A DNA stretch of 27,701 bases. Origin: Folioceros fuciformis (lineage: Eukaryota). This document shows positions 11,901 through 24,141 of the stretch, in pieces. The translations under genes and the position numbers were made by a program. The stretch is taken from positions 114,691-142,391 of the forward strand of contig JBNGIO010006005.1 of the NCBI GenBank assembly GCA_049999805.1, written 5' to 3'. The first letter of the stretch is position 1. Every line of letters starts with the position of its first letter. Below the pieces are notes generated by a model that saw nothing but the letters and a program-made list of their open reading frames with translations, was not told the origin of the DNA and searched no databases.

Positions 11901-13305
11901 ACTGAACTAATAACATGCAAAGCATCGAAAACGATTCCCAGTAGGTGCAACAAACTGGGACCTGATTGGATAGTAACTCCCTTGGCTCTCATCAAATGCA
12001 AAGATGGGCTGCAGAATCACGGCATTTGCTCCTGCAATTCCACGGCATGTTGCAAGACTTGTAAGAAAATGCTGCATTATCTTCATCCTGACGCTCATAA
12101 GAGCTGAGCTCAACTACCTAGATGCACAAGGTGATCAGCCTTCTGGATCACCCCGACGAATGTCCCCCTTATATCATCCTCGACCTTGCTGGAAATATCA
12201 GACGTGTACCCATGGACATTGATTTTTTGCACAACAAGCTCATGTAGAGGTATGCTGTTTTCAAAAGCAGGACAGTGTTAGACCTTCAATATAGTTTCAG
12301 GACATCCATGAATCTCTTCGGAGGCATGCAATCACTGTCAACCGACCGGGGACTAACGTCATCTTCCCAGTCAAAAGGAACAAGATGCCTGCTCAGCAGA
12401 CCAAGGGCAAGAGCCGGAGAAGGTAAATTCTCTGCACAAAGAAAGCGATTTGACCAATTATACAGCTGTTCGTGGACAACAAGTGCATAGAGATCGAGGC
12501 CTCCAAGAAGAGTACCTTGTCCGGGCTCAAAAGGAGCAATATGCTTAGCGTAAGGGTCCAACAAAACGCAACGACCATGAAAGCGATTTCCTTTCTCCCA
12601 ACTCGTGTCTCCCTGCAAAAAGCTTTCAACACTGGTGATCACAATACAGAGTCCAGAATAGCAAAGGTCTCATCAGCACATTCCTTTTGGCACCATCTTA
12701 CCAAACACCTGTAGCCATAGCGAGTGTAATTGTTCAAGCTCTCCAATCGTATATGCCAGATATCGCCCGTTCGATGCGTTGATGGATTCAAGTCAATCTC
12801 TAACTGCAGACGACAAGCCCACTTGGATGTTTCTCGAAGTGGGCTGAAGCAGGTTACGACAGGTGCAATGACTTTCCTGCACGGAATGACTCACCGAGGG
12901 CTCAACACTGCCTGGCTCGAAGAGGCACAGCACAACCTTCTCAGCATTTTTCGAAAACAGAGCGAAATTGATGGATCCATCCCTCTCGTGGTGAATACCC
13001 AGAGGTTCTGGGCGACCCCTGGTTGTATCAGATGACAACTGGTGCCCCATCTGTGAAGTTCCGGCCGCAGAAGTGGTCGAGCACCTGGCACCAATGTCTG
13101 CCATACGTCGCCAGGAACTTCCCGTGGGCAGACATGGTGCACGGAACAACCTGCAGTGGATGGTGACAGGGCCTGGGACCACATTCGCCCGCACACCCAT
13201 TTGGGACCAGTCCTGCGGAAAACATCGGCCCCCTGCTATAGCTGGGAAAGGCAGCGGCACTCCAGCCATTGCTGCACACGAAGTGCTCGGAAATGGAGCA
13301 CTCAT
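8993..13305 (-). CDS. ISA2: Isoamylase 2 (GH13 starch debranching enzyme, non-catalytic subunit), probably plastid-targeted; about 20 exons
   Basis: First in-frame ATG at 13305 (alternative 13269), stop at 8993-8995. Spliced motifs: 'INFALFSKNA', 'LEIDLNPSTHRTGDIWH', 'YGYRC', 'LLDPYAK', 'ANAVILQPIFAFDESQGSYYP', 'VDGFSFVNAS', 'LSRPPLVEAISFEPLL', 'FPHWRRWCE', 'SELSWNCGEEGP', 'GDLYMAFNAH', 'PHSSILLEA'. The short FDE..G.Y.P loop, GF.FVNAS and FPHW.RW are diagnostic of ISA2. Confidence 0.93.
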
Positions 13306-13626
13306 CTCCACATCTTGTTCAAATACATCCTCCAATCTTCACATTTACGTTTAGCTTCAATCTGACATCAATCATGTTGGGCCCTATTTCTTATTTGGAT
13401 AAACCCGTGGATTGCGGAGGAAACTTTCTCGATGCCACAACACTTAAGACAGATGGGGCCTTCGGTTTGGCGGCTCCGGGGAGCGCGAGCCCGGGACACG
13501 CGATCCTGACAGGAATCTTAGTGGCATAAGGAAAATTTTATGGGCTCATTTTGGAGCTTGGCCAAGGTGTAGACCTGACGCTTGGCAGTTGCTCCTGGGG
13601 GCTATTGCTCGTCGGTCGCGCACAAC
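13306..13626. promoter_or_regulatory. Short shared intergenic region between divergent ISA2 and BORCS5-like genes (probable bidirectional promoter)
   Basis: Only 321 bp separate the two predicted start codons, and this must also hold both 5' UTRs. Confidence 0.55.
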
Positions 13627-14709
13627 ATGGGGGCCGCGGACTCGAAGCAACAGCTTGCAACTCAGGTTTCCCTCCACACCTTGGGCTGAAGAATTGGCCT
13701 GTTGTTTACTTTCTTTCCTTAGCCAATCGGATTTGCGTGTGAGCAAGAGCAATTAATTTCAGGGCTCACTGTCGGAAGTCACCACAGTGCACGGAGGGAG
13801 TGAGTTATCTAGGGATCCTTGTCTAACCAAGCTGGAAGCTCTGGAAGTTGTAAGTCTCAAATGCAGCAGATTTGCTCAAGTCTGTTTGAAATATGGAGAG
13901 GGATACCTTTACCTTAACCTTAACCCACGGTGGAGATGGCAGACCCAACCTCTTCTGAACCCGCAGCCGTCGGATCCGGGTTTGAAAGAACTACTTCTGC
14001 GGAGGACGGCTTCCTTCTCGGGCAGCATGGACTATGGTTCATCTTCTCAACCATTTTCAAGCTTAGGCAGACTTAGGCTACTTGCGATGAGAAAGTGCTT
14101 GTACGGGGTGCTCTTGCTGATGGCTTCCGTTACCAAGTGTATCAGGCGCCCTTGATGCAACTACCACTCAGCAGTTGTATGAGCTGTACGAGGAATGGCA
14201 GAAGACCACTGCTGCAACATTAAGCAGACGCCAGGTATTGCTCTGATTTTGTCTGAACTGCAATCTTCAGGATACATACTCAAGGTCTACGAACGACGCC
14301 TGGCCTTGAGCTAACTCGTGTGTGGCAGGAGGAACTAGGCAACAAAATTGAAGGGGTAGAAGCACTAGAGTTGAAGCTGTTGCAGCGGTTAAATTTCACT
14401 TCGTCAGTGATAAAATCAACTGCTGCACACTTGGAGGATGGTAATTGCTGAGCATTTGGTTGTTGGGGATGCGTGCAGTCATATTAGTGTGCTGTGAGGT
14501 CTGGAGCAAGACCCAGCAGCAGGCTCTCACGTCACGATCATTGCTGTGCAGTGCATCCTCTCAGACTGGAGGTAGCACAAATGAAGCGAAATTTAAGAGC
14601 CACCATACAAACGTACAATGCGCTTTGTTCCAAAATTGAAGAGCTTGGACCTCATTGGTTGAAGGAAACGCCGAAGCGAATTTCCCTAAGGGATAGGGGA
14701 TCCCAATAG
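13627..14709 (+). CDS. N-myristoylated coiled-coil protein, BORCS5 (BLOC-1-related complex subunit 5)-like; 6 exons, 192 aa
   Basis: Exons 13627-13665, 13763-13849, 13943-14036, 14146-14234, 14329-14440 and 14552-14709 are all GT-AG and in phase (579 nt). Protein: MGAADSK (MGxxxS)...SEVTTV...DPCLTKLEAL...LYEEWQK...RRQEELGNKIEGVEALELKLLQRLNF...VHPLRLEVAQMK...ALCSKIEELGP. This matches a conserved plant family I recall being annotated as BORCS5-like. Confidence 0.75.
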
Positions 14710-15463
14710 GATATGTACAATCCATGTTACTTGCACGATTGAAGTGATGCCTCGTGTCCTGCAAAAAGATTAATCGGTTGGGAAAGAATCGGTTGCAAGT
14801 GTTGCCTGGTAGGTCTAGCAGTAGACACAGGTCCAGAACTAGGGAAACCATACGATTGCTACAAACTACACGATGCTTGTGCGTGGATGTTCTCGTTTGC
14901 GTGCCGAGGCTAGGAGAGTTCCCCTCTGAATTAAAGCACAACGGAATTTTGAAGGCGTCAGCACGATCTTCGTAATACGCGATGTCCACGGTACAATCTG
15001 GTGTTAGGATCGATGAGAACAGTGTCCTCGCTTCTCGATGGGTTACGCATGCCACTTCGGAAACATGATGGCAACACGATTGCACATCGAATGTCCCTTC
15101 CCTGGTTGGGAAGAGAATCGAAAAGAGATTTAGAGAGACCGAACAATACTCATAAGCCACTGAACTAGTCCTTTGCAAGCTGCGGAGCAGACGTACGACT
15201 CGCCGGCTCAGACCACTAGCGAGCTGTTTTCCATTTCATGTGGATGTACAGACTGTAATTGAAAAAAAAAGTCATCCTACGACAAGTGTTGACAACATAC
15301 TTGTCCAAATGCCAAATAAATTTGCGCAAGTTCCCCAATGCTGTGCCCTGGTAGTGCGACACCACCATCCCCCCAAGACCCTAAACTTATTCCCCTGACC
15401 TCCTATCGTATTTACACCAATATCTCAGGGATCGAGGTGCAAGAGGCCGCAAGCCTGAAGCTA

Positions 15464-16278
<815 letters not shown>

Positions 16279-16760
16279 CGCAGACCTCGCGCTAACCTCT
16301 GTTTGATTGTCGGCTGGCAGAACCACGCAGGCAGTGGAAGATAGTCCGAAGAGGATGCGCCTCGCTGAAATATGGGTCCTTCCTCTAGCACTAAAAGCCT
16401 TTCCACATAGCCCCATGTCCCGGACCGATCCACGTTTCGGACATTCGTGTTTCCTAATAAATAAGTTTAAATTTGAGGCATTCATGCTGTTCATTACGTA
16501 TATCTTAAATAAAAATATAAAAACTTTATTATAAAAGAAGAGATGAACCAATTCACTTATATTACTTGTCTTTTGGCGATTCGTATGGAGTATGGATAGG
16601 TTAAGTATCACATAATCTTTTATTTTATTTTTCTTTCCTCAGCCCTCTTCCTATGGAAACATGCCCTTGCATCTTTTCTTCTAGCCCACCCATTCTCATG
16701 TAATGTAATATGCATTGATATCAGGATAATACGCAAACCACGGATTTTTTTTATTTTTTT

Positions 16761-16896
16761 TTCTCTAAGAGTGCTTTAGCATGAATGAGATCCAAGTTAC
16801 TTGGTTTTCTCTACGAGTGCTTTAGCATGAATGAGATCCAAGTTACTTGGTTTTCTCTAAGAGTGCTTTAGCATGAATGAGATCCAAGTTACTTGG
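16761..16896. repeat. 46-bp tandem repeat x3
   Basis: ttctcta(a/c)gagtgctttagcatgaatgagatccaagttacttgg at 16761, 16807 and 16853; the copies are nearly identical. Confidence 0.95.
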
Positions 16897-16920
16897 AATA
16901 TAAAGAGCAAGTAACAAACT

Positions 16921-17036
16921 ACTCTTTCTACATGCAGTTGTGGGGTTGCCATTATGGGCACAGGGTCCCATTTGGTATACTCTCTCTACGTGCAGTTGTA
17001 GGGTTGCCATTGTCGACACAAGGTCCCATTTGGTAC
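16921..17036. repeat. 58-bp tandem repeat x2
   Basis: actct(t/c)tctac.tgcagttgt.gggttgccatt...ggtcccatttggta at 16921 and 16979. Confidence 0.85.
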
Positions 17037-17100
17037 GTTGTCTTAACGCAGGGCAAAGCATTACCACCCATAATGCATTTTGGGATGTGGGTTTCCTCAA

Positions 17101-17265
17101 GAAGCGTTCATATATTTTGTACAAAGGGGGGGTTTCATTTTAGAGCCGACCTTTTTTCACTGAGGGGAAACAACTTTGTGTCGAGAAGCGTTCATATATT
17201 TTTTGTACAAAGGGGTTTCATTTAGAGCCGACCTTTTTTCACTGAGAGGAAACAACTTTGTGTCG
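17101..17265. repeat. ~84-bp tandem repeat x2
   Basis: gaagcgttcatatatttt..tacaaagggg..tttcattttagagccgacctttttcactgag.ggaaacaactttgtgtcg at 17101 and 17185. Confidence 0.9.
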
Positions 17266-17426
17266 TTAATGTGGTTGTTATGAATCCCATTAGAAATTCG
17301 ATTTATGAGCACATCATCATCAACTCCTAAGATGGGTGATGGGGTGGAAGGGTGTACAAGTGCTGAAGTCCATAAATGCTCTCCCCTACAAGATGGGCAT
17401 ATTTTTATGCACCTTGCTCTTGAGGC

Positions 17427-17728
17427 CCATGGAGCTATGGACAAGGACTTTTCAATGGTATTCTTCCTCTTTCCTCTCAGGGTCAAGCGGCTTATTTGGC
17501 ATTGGTGGTAGGTCAAGCAGCTTGTTGAAGTCCATGGAGCTATGGACAAGGACTTTTCAATAGTATTCTTCCTCTTTCTTCTCAGGGTCAAGTGGCTTCT
17601 TTGGCATTGGTGGTAGGTCAAGTGGCTTCTTGAAGTCCATGAAGCTATGGACAAGGACTTTTCAATGGTATTTTTTCTCTTTTCTCTCAGGGTCAAGCTG
17701 CTTGGCATTGGTGGTAGGTTAAGCGGCT
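17427..17728. repeat. 105-bp tandem repeat x3
   Basis: ccatg(g/a)agctatggacaaggacttttcaat..ctcagggtcaag..ttggcattggtggtaggt at 17427, 17532 and 17637. Confidence 0.92.
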
Positions 17729-18302
17729 AGTGGTAGGTAAGCCTTTTATTATCCTACATCATGATATTTTGGGAGTAGTAGGTAATTTTGAGAATGAAGT
17801 ATGAAGAAGTAATACTCTTTTTGGCTTTGGTCATGCTCAAGTTGTTCTTCTTATTTCTGAAGTAGATGAGATTTTTTATCACTTTTTCAATAATAGAAAA
17901 TAACCAGTAACAAAGGACCTTGTGTCCATCCCAACTCAGTGCTCATTAACATAGATTTTCACCTACCAATAACTTTGAGCCTTAACCTAAGTAAATATAA
18001 TTTATAAAATACGTAATAACATAGACTTTCATCTACCAATGACTTTAAACCCAGTTGAGTAAACATTGAGAGTTGTTAACTTAAATCCATTGTCTAAAAA
18101 TAATGTTGCTCAATAATTCTTGTATCAAATATGGCATTGGTATGAAGTACCTACTCCATGCCATGGCACGGATATGCTAGCTGGCCTAGCTAGGGCACGA
18201 TCCTGCTGCGAGTTGTCTTGCCTACTAAGACAGCAACGCGGCACAGCTCTTCCTTGCTTGTTCGGGGGCTGCCGTTGCCTGCCCCTGCCCTTGCTGCTAA
18301 CA

Positions 18303-18450
18303 CATGCCCAGGGTGCCCTAGCAGCGCGGCACCAGCAGGTGCCTACTAAGACAAGCCCAGGATGCCCTAGCAGCGCGGCACCAGCACGCACCTACTAAGA
18401 CATGCCCAGGATGCCCTAGCAGCGCGGAACCAGCACTTGCCTCCTAAGAC
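18303..18450. repeat. 49-bp GC-rich tandem repeat x3
   Basis: gccctagcagcgcgg.accagca...cct.ctaagac at 18315, 18364 and 18413. Confidence 0.88.
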
Positions 18451-18550
18451 AGTAGCGCGGCACGGCCCTTGATTTTGCCTGCTAAGACAGTGGCGCTGCA
18501 CGGCCCTTTTTTGCCTGCCCGGTGTGCAACGGTGCAAGACCCTTACTACC

Positions 18551-18896
18551 TTGCCTAGGGCACGGCACAACAAGCTTGCCTATGGCACGGCACAACAAGC
18601 TTGCCTATGGCACGGCACAACAAGCTTGCCTATGGCACGGCACAACAAGCTTGCCTATGGCACGGCACAACAAGCTTGCCTATGGCACGGCACAACAAGC
18701 TTGCCTANNNNNNNNNNNNNNNNNNNNNNNNNNNNNNNNNNNNNNNNNNNNNNNNNNNNNNNNNNNNNNNNNNNNNNNNNNNNNNNNNNNNNNNNNNNNN
18801 NNNNNNNCACGGCACAACAAGCTTGCCTATGGCACGGCACAACAAGCTTGCCTAGGGCACGACACAACGAGTTGGCCTAGGGCACGGCACAACAAG
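18551..18896. repeat. 25-bp satellite GCACGGCACAACAAGCTTGCCTA(T/G)G, at least 10 copies, spanning a 100-N gap (18708-18807)
   Basis: Identical units at 18560, 18585, 18610, 18635, 18660 and 18685. The array resumes after the gap and the terminal units diverge. Confidence 0.97.
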
Positions 18897-19205
18897 CCGA
18901 GTTCCGTAGATAAGATGAACGTTTGAGAACTGTGATAGATTACATATCATCTTCCGTTGATCGTTCATCTTTGTTTTAGAAGTACGTGATTTCCATCACT
19001 CCTTTTCTCGCAAAATTTCCATATCATGTATAAATTTACTAAGGCGAATGTACTACGAGACTTCGAAAACAGGAGCTGTGATGGACAAGCCGAACGAATT
19101 CCAAGTTATATGACACCCCGAAAAGACAAGCAGAGAATCTAACGCTTTGGGGCTTCGATTTCGTTGTGAGTGAGCCCTCATAGTTACACTAATGCACCAA
19201 AGTGA

Positions 19206-22200
19206 TCACGGAACTGGGCATTCTTTGATTTGCCAGATCTCGTTGGCGTATTGTGAAATAGTACGGTCACTGCTGAATTTGCCAGAGCCTGCCGTGCTCA
19301 GAATAGACATGCGAATCCATCGCGATTGATTTCTGCGTAAACAAACGGGCAAAGTCAGAAGTCATTGTGGGAACTTAAACTGTCACAAATTCCGACGAAA
19401 TTCTGAAGGATTACTCACTTGTAAGCTTCATCAACAGCTGCTTGGGCCTCCAAATACCCTGGAAAATCCACGCCCACCAAGAAGTAGTCGCCGCGGCCAT
19501 ACCCACTATCGCCTTCCAGAGAATCCAAAAGAGGTCCGTAGTCGAAATCACCGAAGACGCCACTCCGCACGAAGTGCTTGGCCTCCTCGAAACGTGGGTC
19601 CGGAACGAACTGCACAAAGGCGGAAACTTGAGCGGCCACCCCTTTCAGGACCATACGATCACACCACTAGGAACAGGTCTACGAGGTTCACCTTGCCCGC
19701 TTCCCTCTCCTTGCGTAGCCTTGGTACGTCATTTGCTCTGGCACCAAACAGGAAAAAGTTCTCCTCACCAATTTCTTCCCTGATCTCGACGTTTGCACCG
19801 TCCAGAGTGCCGATGATGAGACAGCCGTTGAGCGCAAACTTCATGTTGCTTGTTCCACTAGCCTCCATTCCTGCCGTACTGATGTGCTGCGAGAGCTCAC
19901 TTGCGGGGATTGCAAGCTCAGCGACGGTAACGTTGTAATTTGGGATGAAAACAACCTGCAAGTACCACAGAGTTTAACAGCTACGAATCCATAGCAAGCT
20001 GATACTGCAGACAGAATAGGTACAATAAGCTACCAGAAGGGCATGTCACCGAACCTTGAGCAAATGAGAGACGTCCGGATCATTGTTGACGACGGATCCG
20101 ACGTCCGTGACAAGCTTTACGATGCGCTTAGCTTGTTCATAGGTTGCAAACGCCTTGCCCCCCACCATGACCGTTCGTGGCACTACGTGCTTCTTCTCTT
20201 CCGGTGTCATTTCCTGCACGGCTCAAAGAATTGCCGACCAGAGTTGTACACTGATGAGTCTCAACCTGGAGACACCATAAGTTTGGCAACCGACCATCAG
20301 TATCTGACCAACGAAAAAGTCATGCTGACCCACCTTGATTTTCTTGTACCGGTAGATCACTCCAAGAATATTTAAGAGCTGCCGCTTGTATTCGTGAATT
20401 CGCTTGATTTGAACATCGAACAGACTGTGGGGGTCTACTTTGACACCTGTTTTGCTTTCCAGATAAGCTGCAAACCGAACTTTATTTGCAGTTTTCGCTG
20501 AAGCCCACTCACTTTGCAGCTGTTTGTCATCTGCAAACTGTCAACAGAAAACGGTCAACAACATACAACTCCCGTTGGACCAGCATAACACCGTACTTTT
20601 ATCAAATTTTCTACGATGTGCAGTAAGTGTACCTGGCGCAGGCCGGAGAGGAGATCCAGTTTTGTCACCCACTTGTCGGTCCTAAGCCATTTTGTAATTA
20701 TAGCACTCAGTTCAGGACTACAGAATCGGAGCCAGCGTCTAGGTGTTACGCCATTCGTCTTGTTCTGAAACTTCTGAGGCCACAGCGAGAAGAAATCCGC
20801 AAACAGCTCGTTCTTCAAAATGTCGCTATGCAGCTCAGCGACACCATTCACCTGATGACGTACACACCAGAGTGTCATGAGACCAGGAGTGGGAATGACG
20901 AAAAACTAGTCTACATGATAAGCAAGCGGACAGGACTCACCTTGTGAGCAGATACCACACAAAGGTGTGCCATTCGCACAAGAGGTTTGGCGGGGTTGGA
21001 ACCATCCAGAGGTGTCAACTCAGAAAGCTTCTCTGCCAAGTCAGGCCGGTTGGCTTGAACGAGGGAACGGAACTGGAAGCAAGGAGGTCAGCTGCTTTCA
21101 GTTAACTCTTGCTAGAGCTGAGAAGGAGAGTGTCAAGCGATTCCAAGACAAAGCTGTGAACATCAGCCTCGTGGCGTCAATGCTCTCAAACCAAATGGTA
21201 AGAGGCATCCTACCTGCTTATCAATTTCAGCAATGATTTCAAAATGGCGAGGAAGTAATTTGGCAATGACAGCCTGCGGCCATTTCTCAAGGGCTTCTGG
21301 CAGCACTGTATGATTAGTGTATGCTACTGTACTGCACGGCAACCAGATGCACAGCAAGGACGTCAGATCTTGGCAAAGGACAAGTTGTGGTATGCCTCAA
21401 GCAGTACAGTAGCACAAACAAAATCACACAGTGCTCCAGGCACCATTTTGTGATTTGCATATGCTCTGTACTGGATGAGGGTCTGTTCAACCCATGGGCT
21501 CCTTGTTCATGAACATATACCTGCTTGTGATAGTCCAAGCTTCTTCCCAGCCCAGCCCTTCTTCATCCATCAGCAGCCTCATAAGTTCCGGAATAGCAAG
21601 GGTTGGATGAGTATCATTCATCTGTACGGCAACCTTCTTCGAAAACTCTGCCCAAACAATGGGAGTGCCGTTTGGCCTCCTTTCCTTAAACCTTGCAATG
21701 ATATCCTGCACATGCAACCTTGCATTTACAAACATGACCCTCAAATTATGTCCTGCGTAGACATGCCTCCATCGAAGCTTTACCGCTAGAGATTGCAGCG
21801 CACCTGCAATGAAGCGCTACACAGAAGGTATTGCTGTTTCAGCCGAAGGAGTTTCCCATCTTCCGTTGCGTCTCCTGGGTACAGAACAGCACAAACCTGT
21901 CACCAAACCCCGCATCAGTTGCTAAGCTTCCCGTCAAGCAAGCGATGAAGAAGACAAATGTATAACTCTGTGAAATATCCCAGCTTTGCCCAGAGAGTAC
22001 CTGGTGTGCCTTCGAGTGAAGGATTGCAGCCCTTTCATGCTCTCCGGCGTTGAAGTCGTACAGATTGAAGTCTCGAGGAGGGGCACGGGCTTCCCAGAGT
22101 CGAAGACTGATTGTGTTCTTTGTTTTGTAACCAGGTATGGGCACATCATAAGCCAGTGCTTGCATCTCTTCGCCTCCAACCCATTTGCGCCTGGGTGCAG

Positions 22201-23302
22201 AAACGAAAGACGTACAAGTGGTGAACAACATTCTCACGGAACAAGACAGCCAGTTCTCAAGGCACACCGACATTTACGAGAGCCAGAATTACTTACGACC
22301 CATCTGGGCCCGATTGAACTTCACCAAAAAAGCGCACAGTGTGGACTACATCGTGCCTCACTATCTCCCAAGGACTAAATTTCTGCAAAGAAATGAACAA
22401 AAAGGCGTAGAAAGGTAACCAAGGACGACCACGTGAGTTGTGACAGGAAGAATGAAGGAGAGACATCCTCACGAAATGGAAGCTCCATATACAACCATCC
22501 AACCAACCTCGAGCCAATCCTCAGCAGCTTCTTCCTGGCCACGTTTGGAGATCCTTTGACTGAAGAGCCCGTACCTGTAACGCAGCCCATAACCCCATGC
22601 TGGAAGGTTAAGGGTGGCCATGGAATCTAGGAAGCAGGAAGCAAGCCTTCCCAATCCTCCATTCCCAAGGGCTGCATCTCGCTCCTGCAAAGCACGATTC
22701 AAACAGCAGGCGGTCTCGGTCAGGTCACTGACGTGACAGTAGCCAAGAAGGAATGTCTCAGCTCGAGCAAGGACAAACGTCCACCTGCTCGACAATGTTC
22801 TCGAGGTCATTTCCCAGCTTATTAAGAGCGGCAGCGTAGGCGTCAGTGAGACCTAGATTGCCAACGGCATTCGTCAATGCTCGGCCCTGCAAATATTCCA
22901 TCGACAAGTAGTATGTCTGCTTCGGGTCCGTCTTGTGGAAGTGTTCATATGTTTCATTCCACCTCTGCAGAAGGAACCCAGAGTGTCAGAGTACAGGGAC
23001 GCAATGCAAATGCAGAATTGTGAGGCAACCAATTGAGGCAAACTGACGTGGATAAGCGTATCCCGGACGCTCTCGGCAGTTGCATAGAAGGCCTGCTCGG
23101 GCTCAAACTTGTATGGGGAGAAGTGTGGAGTGTACTGCGCGTGGTACTTGATGTTGGCCGCAATGCCGAAGGCATCGTCCGGAGTAGGATGCGCGATGGG
23201 CGGGACCCCGTCCAGGAACAAAGACTTGCTCTTGGCATCCAAAACGGCGTTTCCTTTCGTCGCGTCAGCGTGCACCCCGTTCTGCTCCGCACCGGGGGCC
23301 AT
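19206..23302 (-). CDS. PHS2: Alpha-1,4-glucan phosphorylase, cytosolic H-type (GT35); about 15 coding exons
   Basis: ATG at 23302, TGA at 19206-19208. Motifs: '[31 protein letters not shown]', '[13 protein letters not shown]', '[17 protein letters not shown]', '[14 protein letters not shown]', '[14 protein letters not shown]', the PLP-lysine motif '[10 protein letters not shown]', and '[11 protein letters not shown]'. There is no transit peptide and no L78 insertion ([17 protein letters not shown]...KPLVRMAHL). Confidence 0.97.
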
Positions 23303-24141
23303 TTTGCGATACGGCCGCAGCTGGAGGACGCTCAACCTGACATAACAGATACCGCGAGGAGTAAGAAGCCTGCGAACAAGACACGCAGCTGAGCACGAGC
23401 AGCCCTAGAGCATGGACAAGGGGCGATTCCAATTTGGCACCGCAGCTCGCTGCCCACAACCTGAGCAGCTAGTCATCCTGCGCACCAATTGGCTCAAATT
23501 CCGGACTAGACTGCTGCAACGGGAAGGGAAAGGAGAAGGGGAAGCTGCCGGCGAAAGTAAGCCGGCCACACCAGCTCATGCAATGCAACGGCGCACCAAA
23601 AGGGGCGATCCGGTTTGAGGCAGGGGACGGAGATTGCAGGCCCCAGAGCTGGTTACCAGCTGGGCGAGCTCCACACGGCGGGGCGGTGTCCAGGGCAGGG
23701 CAGCAATTCAGGGAGGGGCCTGGAGAGCACAGGGAAGGAGGCGATCCACTCACCGTGCAGGCGCATGAAACGCAAGTGGGGCGAGAAGCGCGATGCAGTG
23801 GAGACTCCCCTGGAGCAAGACAATGCCGAGGAATGCACTTACCCTGTGTCACAGCACGCAAAAGGGGAGCCAAGGGAAAAGGGAAAAAGGGCAAACGGCT
23901 GAAAGGAACAAGGGAGAGAGGGGAGAGTCCGCCCGCCCAGTGAAAGACGGAGATGAAAACATGAGCCTTTTCCACCGAAATCCAGTTCGGATTACATCAC
24001 AAATGACCGTCCTCCTAGTTACAGGGATCGATGCACTCGACACCCTCGAGAGGCTCGAGACGCCCGAGGAGGAGGTAAGCTCGAAGAGAGTGCCCCGCCG
24101 CGTGCACCCACGATCGTACATATTATTGCCACGGCAGGAAA

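Larger units (their letters stand above)
16503..18180 (+). mobile_element. Putative non-autonomous Helitron-like element carrying several tandem duplications
   Basis: The AT-rich block starts at A|TCTTAAATAAAA (16503). It ends in the near-perfect palindrome TCCATGCCATGGCACGGA (18155-18172) followed by CTAG (18177-18180). The CTAG is not followed by T, so the boundary is tentative. Confidence 0.35.

Noticed and set aside
14561..15178. 205-aa minus-strand ORF
   Set aside because: It has a non-ATG start, overlaps the last BORCS5-like exon in antisense, lies between convergent 3' ends, and has no recognisable motif.
16494..18016. Terminal inverted repeats TTACGTAT / ATACGTAA
   Set aside because: The match is only about 8-9 bp in AT-rich DNA, with no evident target-site duplication.
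18522..18926. Repetitive ORFs (MARHNKLAYG...)
   Set aside because: They are an artefact of a stop-free 25-bp satellite plus N-run read-through.
19206..23302. Plastidial phosphorylase PHS1/Pho1
   Set aside because: There is no transit peptide and no L78 insertion, and the N-terminus is H-type.
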